A stretch of DNA of 64,000 nucleotides from positions 1,938 through 65,937 of the forward strand of contig OMUP01000020.1 in NCBI GenBank assembly GCA_900314255.1, read 5' to 3'. The position numbers and the translations under genes were made by a program. This stretch comes from an uncultured Lachnospiraceae bacterium. GTDB lineage: Bacteria > Bacillota > Clostridia > Lachnospirales > Lachnospiraceae. Each line of letters begins with the position of its first letter. The first letter of the stretch is position 1. The notes under the pieces were generated by a model that saw only the letters and a list, made by a program, of their open reading frames with translations, did no database searches and was not told the origin of the DNA. Shown in pieces: positions 57,755-64,000 of the stretch.

Positions 57755-57790
57755 TCAAAGAAAGCTCCCGGGAAAAGTCCCCCGGGAGCC
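57755..57790 (-). terminator. intrinsic terminator after glyQS, ending about 20 nt before the next start codon
   Basis: The reverse strand reads GGCTCCCGGG-GGACTTTT-CCCGGGAGCTTTCTTTG. Confidence 0.65.
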
Positions 57791-57804
57791 GCGCAAATGC
57801 ATCT

Positions 57805-59193
57805 TCAGAATGCAAGTTTCTCTGCGAAGTACGCTCTCAGATCATCGATCTTCACGCGCTCCTGCGCCATTGTGTCGCGGTCGCGCACCGTAACAGCACC
57901 GTCTGTTTCCGAATCGAAGTCGTAGGTGACGCACCACGGCGTTCCGATCTCATCCTGTCTTCTGTAGCGCTTGCCGATGTTGCCGCGGTCGTCATAATCG
58001 CAGACAAAGTCCTTCGACAGCATGTCGCGGATCGGCTCCGCCTTGTCGCCAAGCTTCTTGGAGAGCGGAAGCACGGCCACCTTGACCGGTGCAAGAGCCG
58101 GATGGAAATGCAGAACGGTGCGCTTGTCGCCGCCCTCGAGCTCTTCTTCATCATAAGCAGAACACAGGAATGCGAGTGTCACGCGGTCCGCGCCCAGTGA
58201 CGGCTCGATGACATACGGAATGTATTTTTCCTTGGTCTCATCGTCAAAATAGGAAAGATCCTGGCCGGAAACTTCCTGATGACGGGTCAGATCGTAATCC
58301 GTGCGGTCTGCGATGCCCCACAGCTCGCCCCATCCGAACGGGAACAGGAACTCAAGATCGGTCGTGGCCTTTGAGTAGAAGGACAGCTCTTCCTTCTCAT
58401 GATCTCTTGCTCTCATCTCTTCCGGCTTGATACCCAGATCCTGCAGCCACTTGATGCAGAACTGTTTCCAGTATGCGAACCACTCCAGATCTGTGTCCGG
58501 CTTGCAGAAGAACTCAAGCTCCATCTGCTCAAACTCTCTGGTGCGGAACGTGAAGTTGCCCGGCGTAATCTCGTTTCTGAAGGACTTGCCGATCTGGCCG
58601 ATGCCGAACGGAACCTTCTTGCGGCTCGTGCGCTGAACATTCTTGAAGTTTACAAAAATCCCCTGTGCAGTCTCCGGGCGGAGATATACGGTATTCTTCG
58701 CATCTTCCGTGACGCCCTGGAAGGTCTTGAACATCAGGTTGAACTGACGGATCTCCGTGAAGTTGTGCTTTCCGCACTTCGGGCAGCAAATATTGTGCTC
58801 TTCCACGAAGTCTTCCATCTGCTTGTTGGACCAGCCGTCAACCGAACCGCCGAGATCAAAATCATTGTCAGCCGCCCAGTCCTCAATCAGCTTGTCCGCT
58901 CTGTATCTCTCATGGCATTCCTTGCAGTCCATCAGCGGATCCGAGAAGCTCGACAGATGTCCGCTGGCGATCCAGGTCTGCGGATTCATCAGAATTGCGC
59001 AGTCAACGCCTACATTGTAGCGGCTCTCCTGAATGAACTTCTTCCACCAGGCTTTCTTTACATTGTTCTTGAGCTCAACACCTAAGTTCCCGTAATCCCA
59101 TGTGTTGGCCAGCCCGCCGTAGATCTCGGAACCCGGATATACAAAGCCTCTTGCCTTGGCAAGCGCAACAATCTTGTCCATTGTCTTTTCCAT
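57805..59193 (-). CDS. glyQS: glycine--tRNA ligase (single-chain alpha2 type)
   Basis: 462 aa; [39 protein letters not shown] and a C-terminal anticodon-binding domain. GGGAGGAG RBS. Confidence 0.95.
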   Translation of the reverse strand: MEKTMDKIVALAKARGFVYPGSEIYGGLANTWDYGNLGVELKNNVKKAWWKKFIQESRYNVGVDCAILMNPQTWIASGHLSSFSDPLMDCKECHERYRADKLIEDWAADNDFDLGGSVDGWSNKQMEDFVEEHNICCPKCGKHNFTEIRQFNLMFKTFQGVTEDAKNTVYLRPETAQGIFVNFKNVQRTSRKKVPFGIGQIGKSFRNEITPGNFTFRTREFEQMELEFFCKPDTDLEWFAYWKQFCIKWLQDLGIKPEEMRARDHEKEELSFYSKATTDLEFLFPFGWGELWGIADRTDYDLTRHQEVSGQDLSYFDDETKEKYIPYVIEPSLGADRVTLAFLCSAYDEEELEGGDKRTVLHFHPALAPVKVAVLPLSKKLGDKAEPIRDMLSKDFVCDYDDRGNIGKRYRRQDEIGTPWCVTYDFDSETDGAVTVRDRDTMAQERVKIDDLRAYFAEKLAF

Positions 59194-59241
59194 ACCAAAC
59201 TCCTCCCGGCGCCCGTAGCTTCTTACCGGCAGCCGTTCTTT

Positions 59242-59270
59242 ATTTTACTCTATCTGATTTACTTTCACAA
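59242..59270 (-). promoter_or_regulatory. sigma-A type promoter for glyQS
   Basis: The reverse strand reads TTGTGA-17 nt-TAAAAT, leaving a leader of only about 40 nt. Confidence 0.5.
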
Positions 59271-59295
59271 GCCGCAAGGGCTTTCACGCCGCGTC

Positions 59296-59967
59296 TTACG
59301 TGTCTTCCAGCATCTTTTCCGAGCGCATCGGCCACTCAAACGTCCTGTCACACATCTTCCGGCAGATCGTCCCGAGACGCTTCTGCACATCCTCCCGAAC
59401 CGTGAAGGAAAACACTTTTGAAAGCGGCGTCGTCTCGATGAACCGGATCGTATACTGCAGAATATTCTGAAGATCCGGCGCATCTCCTTCAAGCGCTCCC
59501 GTGAAGGCTGAAAGATCCGGCAGCTCGCCGGCTGCCATGACAGCCCTGATTTCATACACATACCGGATCAGCTTGTCGGGCATCTGCCTCTTCTCAAGAG
59601 CTGCCAGCCCTGCGTAAAGAAGATTGATATTGTCGGACGCGTCGAGCCCTTCTTTTCCGTAGTAATCGGCAATCTCCGCAAAGTAGCAGGCATAGAGCAC
59701 AGCATCAAGATCCGCGCTCACCCCTCTGAAATACCGCCGGATGTCCGCACTCTTCACGCGGAACGAAGTGCGGCCTTCGTACAGCTCAAACGTCCCGAAG
59801 ACAAATGGCTGCGTCACGCCCATCAGCGGACTGTTCATCTTCCGGGCCCCACGCGCAAATGCCGATACCTTTCCAAGTTCCCGTGTCAGAAGGACCACCC
59901 GGCTGTCATACTCGCCCATCTCCGTATTCTTAAGGACAAAGCCGGTCGCGCTCACAACGCCTGCCAT
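59296..59967 (-). CDS. recO: DNA repair protein RecO
   Basis: 223 aa; N-terminal OB fold (TGFVLKNTEMGEYDSRVVLLTRELGKV). TGATG overlap with era, the usual era-recO pairing. Confidence 0.85.
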   Translation of the reverse strand: MAGVVSATGFVLKNTEMGEYDSRVVLLTRELGKVSAFARGARKMNSPLMGVTQPFVFGTFELYEGRTSFRVKSADIRRYFRGVSADLDAVLYACYFAEIADYYGKEGLDASDNINLLYAGLAALEKRQMPDKLIRYVYEIRAVMAAGELPDLSAFTGALEGDAPDLQNILQYTIRFIETTPLSKVFSFTVREDVQKRLGTICRKMCDRTFEWPMRSEKMLEDT

Positions 59968-60929
59968 CAGTCATCCCTCTTCCGGTCGTACCCCAGAGAT
60001 TTTAAAATAGCCGGATTATCCTTCCAGTCGCGGCGCACTTTCACCCAGAGCTTCAGGTTGATATGGCGGTCAAGCTGCTTCTCCATCTCCTCGCGGGCCT
60101 GCGTCCCGATGCGCCGCAGCATCTGCCCGCCGCGGCCGATAATAATACCCTTGTGGGATTCCCGCTCACACAGAATCGTGGCCTCGATGTCCGTCACCTT
60201 CCCGTTTCGCCCGTCTCTCTCGTGCATCTTCTCGATCGAAACAGCGATTCCGTGCGGAACCTCCTGTGAAAGAAGCCGCAGAGCCTTTTCGCGGATGATC
60301 TCCGCGGCGATCTGCCGCTCCGGCTGATCCGTCACCGTGTCTTCCGGGAAAAACAGCTCCCCCTCCGGCAGAAGCCGGAAGATCTCATCCCTGAGATCCT
60401 CACAGCCCACGCCCGTCCTGGCACTCACCGCCAGACACGCGTCAAACTCCGTCAGGCGCCGGTATTTCTCCAGGACCGGGGCAATCATCTCTTTTTTTAC
60501 CTTGTCCGTCTTGTTGATGACAAGGATTTTCTTTGCCGCAACGCCTGAGAGTTCCCTGCCGATCAGCTCCTCTTCGTTCCCGGGGCTGGTGCCAGGCTCC
60601 GTCACCCAGATGACGATATCAATGTCCTTGAGGCTCTTTGCCACGGCTTCTTCCATGTACTCGCCGAGACGGCTCTCCGCTTTGTGAAGCCCCGGCGTGT
60701 CCGTGAACACAATCTGCCCCCGGCTGTCCGTGTACACCGTCCGGATGCGGTTGCGCGTCGTCTGCGCCTTGCGGGATGTGATGGCAATCTTCTGCCCGAT
60801 CAGCCGGTTCATCAGCGTGGATTTTCCCGCATTCGGGCGGCCGATCAGCGTGACAAATCCCGATTTGACCGGCTTTGCCGGGCCGGCACCCGCAATGCCG
60901 CTTTGCGCGAGCATTTCATCAAGATTCAT
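59967..60929 (-). CDS. era: GTPase Era
   Basis: GRPNAGKSTLMN (G1), DTPG (G3), NKTD (G4), C-terminal KH domain (IIIGRGGQMLRRIG). Confidence 0.95.
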   Translation of the reverse strand: MNLDEMLAQSGIAGAGPAKPVKSGFVTLIGRPNAGKSTLMNRLIGQKIAITSRKAQTTRNRIRTVYTDSRGQIVFTDTPGLHKAESRLGEYMEEAVAKSLKDIDIVIWVTEPGTSPGNEEELIGRELSGVAAKKILVINKTDKVKKEMIAPVLEKYRRLTEFDACLAVSARTGVGCEDLRDEIFRLLPEGELFFPEDTVTDQPERQIAAEIIREKALRLLSQEVPHGIAVSIEKMHERDGRNGKVTDIEATILCERESHKGIIIGRGGQMLRRIGTQAREEMEKQLDRHINLKLWVKVRRDWKDNPAILKSLGYDRKRDD

Positions 60930-60961
60930 CTGACTCTCCTTTCAGTCCCACTGTCTGCGGT

Positions 60962-63949
60962 TTATTTGTTATCCTTTTCATCATTTCCGCTGTCTCCTTC
61001 GGAAAGAAACGGAACAATTCTGTCAAACATGTCTGCGTGTTTTCTGATCTGATCCTGATTTCCGATCACAACCAGATGCCCCGCATCTACTGTACTTCTG
61101 ACAATCGGCGCCAGAGCGCGGATTGCGTTCTGATCGGCCGTCATGACTTCGCGGCGGTCTCTTCTGATTTCATCGTCACTCACGCGGCTCATGTATGCCG
61201 AGAACGAATAGCTCGTCATATTCGAGGCCGGCATCGGCGTGTCCATCGCACCGATGGTTCCGATGATGTACTTGAGCATATCGCGGTCCGAAACTGTGAA
61301 ATGCTCGACAAAATCGGCCGCCTTCTGGTAAACCTCGTCAGTCTGCTTCATGTGCGGATCGCGGTAGGACACCAGAACCCCCTCGCCGTTCTTGCGGAAA
61401 TTGCTCATGCAGCCGTAGGCGCCGCCCTTCACCCGGATATTCTGCCACAGATATTCATAGCTGAAGATGATGCGCAGAACCTGCAGTGCTCCAGTGTAGC
61501 GTGCTGATCCGGAAAGGAAATTGCCGCTTCTTGCGACATAGTTGACCTGCGACGACGTGGTGAACGCTGTTCTTTCCGTCACCGGTGTGAAGTGCCGCTC
61601 CTCGCGCTGTTTATTGCCCGCCGGAAGACGCCCTGCGAGCGCTTCACACGCCGGCTCAAACGCCTTGTACCCTTCACCATCCGCGCCCAGCGATATGATC
61701 AGATTTTCTTTCGTGAAGATCAGACTGACCAAAGTCTGCAGCTTCTTGATCAGGTCATCCTTCTTCTCGTCAAAATGATCCGCCAGTGCCTTGACCGTCT
61801 GATAGAAGCGGTATCCCTGGAACTGATCGGAACGGTATGCGTCCTCCGAGTACTGCGCCGATGCACTCATGGAAGCGTACAAATGGCCGGACGACGTCAT
61901 GCCCGTCTCCATCCGGGTCACCGTCTGCTGCAGAAGATCTGAAAGTCTTCTGGTATCCGTGAATTTCGTGCGCAGCATTTCTTCTTCCATCATGCGGAGC
62001 AGGAAATCCAGCTTTCCATAAAGCGCCTTGCCGCGCACCTCATACATCAGCTCCGACTTTCCGTCTTCCAGCGCATTGCGGTACACAACCGGCTCGGTCG
62101 TAAGACCGCCCAGATTGGTGTTGATCTCATTTGACAGGTCCGTGTAGCTGTAATTCTCCGTATCCATCAGCCCCTGCACCGTGGAAAGTACGCCGACATA
62201 CGGAAGCAGGTCATCGGGAACATTTTTCATGGAGAAGGCAAGGGTCACATAGCCGATGCCGTTGGTCGGGATGTCCGTGTGCACCAGCGTCCGCCCGGCG
62301 ATTTCTTTCCGTATGCGGACCGGGAGAACCGGCTCCGGGTTGATATCTGAAAGCCGCAGCATCGGAACCTTCGCCAGATCTTCCTGTGACGACGGCTCGC
62401 TCTGATACTGCTTGAGCTGTTTCGTGTCTTCCACGATTTTTTCAAGCTGCTCATCGCTCAGGCCGCCGCGGATGGCTGCCAGGCGGTCCTGTTCTTCCTT
62501 TTCCTGACGGCGCGCCTCGTCCGCATCCGGCACAAGCGTCACATCAACGCACGTCGGATTGCCGGAAAGCCACCTGCCGATCACATCGGCAAAGTAATGC
62601 GTGGAAACAGCCTGCTCGAGCTCCTTGTACACATCCCCGAGCTCAATCCGCACAAACGGCTTCGTCTCATCATAGAGCCACGTATCCATCATCGACAGGA
62701 AATACATGAGCCCCTTCGGGAAATGTCCGAAATCAGCCTCTCTGTAGCGGAATTCCTGCGACTGCAGGCCGGCCGTGAGCATCTTCGGATCAGGCCCGGA
62801 TGTCTTCATTTCCGCGAGCGTATCCGCGATGATCTGATCAAACTGTGCCTTCTGTGACTCGTCGGCTCCCCTTGCGATAATTGAGTACGTCGGCTGCAGC
62901 AGCGACGTCTCCCAGGACGAGTCGATGTCCGTCCCGATGCCGGCATCAAGCAGCCGCTGCTTGAGCACCGCGCCCGGCGCCTGCACAAGTGCATAGTCAA
63001 TCGCATCCATCGCAACGAGAAGCTTCGGGGCAAGGCTCGTTCCGACTGCCCAGCTCTTTGAGAGATAGGTTCCGCCCTCCGACGGCGTGCCTTCAGCGAC
63101 CGGATACACACCCCGCACTTCTCTTGGGGCCTCAAACGCCGGCTGCATCGTGATCTGCGGATGCGCGCCGTCTCCGCCATCAAACCTGCTCAGATACTCA
63201 CGGTCCAGATAGTCCAGCTGCTCCTGCACATCCATGTCGCCGTACAGGTAAATGTAGCTGTTGGCCGGATCGTAATACGCCTTGTGGTACGCCAGAAAAT
63301 CCTCATATTTAAGCGTCGGAATGACCTTTGGATCGCCGCCCGACTCAAACGCATAGCAGGTGTCCGGATACAGGTTCATCATAATCCGGCGCTCGAGCAC
63401 GTCATCCGCCGAACTGTACACGCCCTTCATCTCGTTGAACACAACGCCGTTGACTTTAAGCGTGTCATTCCGGTCAGCCATCTCGTAATGCCAGCCTTCC
63501 TGGCGGAAAATTTCCGGATGAATATAGATGTTCGGATAGAACACAGCGTCCAGATACACATCCATGATATTCCGGAAATCCGCGTCATTGCAGCTTGCAA
63601 CCGGATAAACCGTCTTGTCCGGATAGGTCATCGCGTTCAAAAAGGTGTTGAGCGACCCCTTGACCAGCTCGACGAACGGATCCTTGACCGGATACTTCCG
63701 GGATCCGCACAGCGTCGAGTGCTCCAGAATATGCTGCAGTCCCGTGTCATTGTATGGCGGCGTCTTGAAACCGATGGCAAATACTTTGTTCCTGTCCTCA
63801 TTTGAAAGAACGGCGATTCGGGCGCCTGACTTCTTGTGACGCAGCAGCAGCCCCCAGGACGCAAGATCCGGCAGCGGAACAGACTGCATACACTCATAAG
63901 CCGACAGATTCAGTCTGCCGGCATCCTGCTCATTTTTAATGATGCGCAT
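60962..63949 (-). CDS. M16-family (insulinase/PreP-like, M16C) zinc metallopeptidase
   Basis: About 995 aa; HILEHSTLCGSRKYP (HxxEH zinc motif), FLNAMTYPDKTVYP, four M16-type half-domains. Start at 63949 with a GGAGGA RBS. Confidence 0.88.
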   Translation of the reverse strand: MRIIKNEQDAGRLNLSAYECMQSVPLPDLASWGLLLRHKKSGARIAVLSNEDRNKVFAIGFKTPPYNDTGLQHILEHSTLCGSRKYPVKDPFVELVKGSLNTFLNAMTYPDKTVYPVASCNDADFRNIMDVYLDAVFYPNIYIHPEIFRQEGWHYEMADRNDTLKVNGVVFNEMKGVYSSADDVLERRIMMNLYPDTCYAFESGGDPKVIPTLKYEDFLAYHKAYYDPANSYIYLYGDMDVQEQLDYLDREYLSRFDGGDGAHPQITMQPAFEAPREVRGVYPVAEGTPSEGGTYLSKSWAVGTSLAPKLLVAMDAIDYALVQAPGAVLKQRLLDAGIGTDIDSSWETSLLQPTYSIIARGADESQKAQFDQIIADTLAEMKTSGPDPKMLTAGLQSQEFRYREADFGHFPKGLMYFLSMMDTWLYDETKPFVRIELGDVYKELEQAVSTHYFADVIGRWLSGNPTCVDVTLVPDADEARRQEKEEQDRLAAIRGGLSDEQLEKIVEDTKQLKQYQSEPSSQEDLAKVPMLRLSDINPEPVLPVRIRKEIAGRTLVHTDIPTNGIGYVTLAFSMKNVPDDLLPYVGVLSTVQGLMDTENYSYTDLSNEINTNLGGLTTEPVVYRNALEDGKSELMYEVRGKALYGKLDFLLRMMEEEMLRTKFTDTRRLSDLLQQTVTRMETGMTSSGHLYASMSASAQYSEDAYRSDQFQGYRFYQTVKALADHFDEKKDDLIKKLQTLVSLIFTKENLIISLGADGEGYKAFEPACEALAGRLPAGNKQREERHFTPVTERTAFTTSSQVNYVARSGNFLSGSARYTGALQVLRIIFSYEYLWQNIRVKGGAYGCMSNFRKNGEGVLVSYRDPHMKQTDEVYQKAADFVEHFTVSDRDMLKYIIGTIGAMDTPMPASNMTSYSFSAYMSRVSDDEIRRDRREVMTADQNAIRALAPIVRSTVDAGHLVVIGNQDQIRKHADMFDRIVPFLSEGDSGNDEKDNK

Positions 63950-64000
63950 AAATCCTCCGATAATAATATTGTTTTCAGGTATTATCATATTCTTTCGCTT

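Overview
This is a gene-dense chromosomal segment that looks like a Clostridia (Lachnospiraceae/Oscillospiraceae-like) core genome. It seems GC-rich for a Firmicute, though I did not compute GC. I found no transposase, integrase, CRISPR array or obvious island boundary. About 56 protein genes are present, roughly 85% on the minus strand, usually with short gaps or overlapping stop/start codons.

Recognisable content, left to right:
- ppdK (5' part), then CIRCE-controlled clpB
- glycerol block: glpK, glpA-like, a second flavoprotein and a DUF1667-like protein
- sufCBDSU with a divergent LysR regulator
- two HAD phosphatases, nadE, and FMN-riboswitch-controlled ribU
- aminotransferase and valS, a CarD-like regulator, a Lys/Ala-repeat protein and an atypical HPr
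- glgX operon and a radical SAM gene
- tRNA-Thr(CGU) and tRNA-Gly(CCC)
- CIRCE-controlled htpG, lepB, efp, aroQ-aroK-aroE-yqeG-nrdR, a lactonase and pyrBI
- RNase P RNA (rnpB, hidden under spurious ORFs) and an AAE-type transporter
- SPFH plus ribbon-helix-helix pair
- queA, pheT and pheS, then glyQS, recO, era and an M16 peptidase

The best candidate for an undescribed system is 49.2-57.7 kb. It is a tightly coupled minus-strand array:
- a zinc-ribbon membrane protein
- RarA
- a 1189-aa protein with no recognisable catalytic motif
- a 684-aa divergent but full-architecture Hsp70-like ATPase

The last two genes overlap by 14 nt.

Secondary oddities:
- a roughly 300-nt GC-rich multi-hairpin intergenic element closed by a 12-bp long-range helix (996-1301)
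- an OxyR-like Cys pair in the LysR regulator divergent from suf
- nested palindromes in front of the SPFH/RHH operon
- no room for T-box leaders in front of valS, pheST or glyQS

All calls come from reading the translations and sequence by eye. No database search was run.
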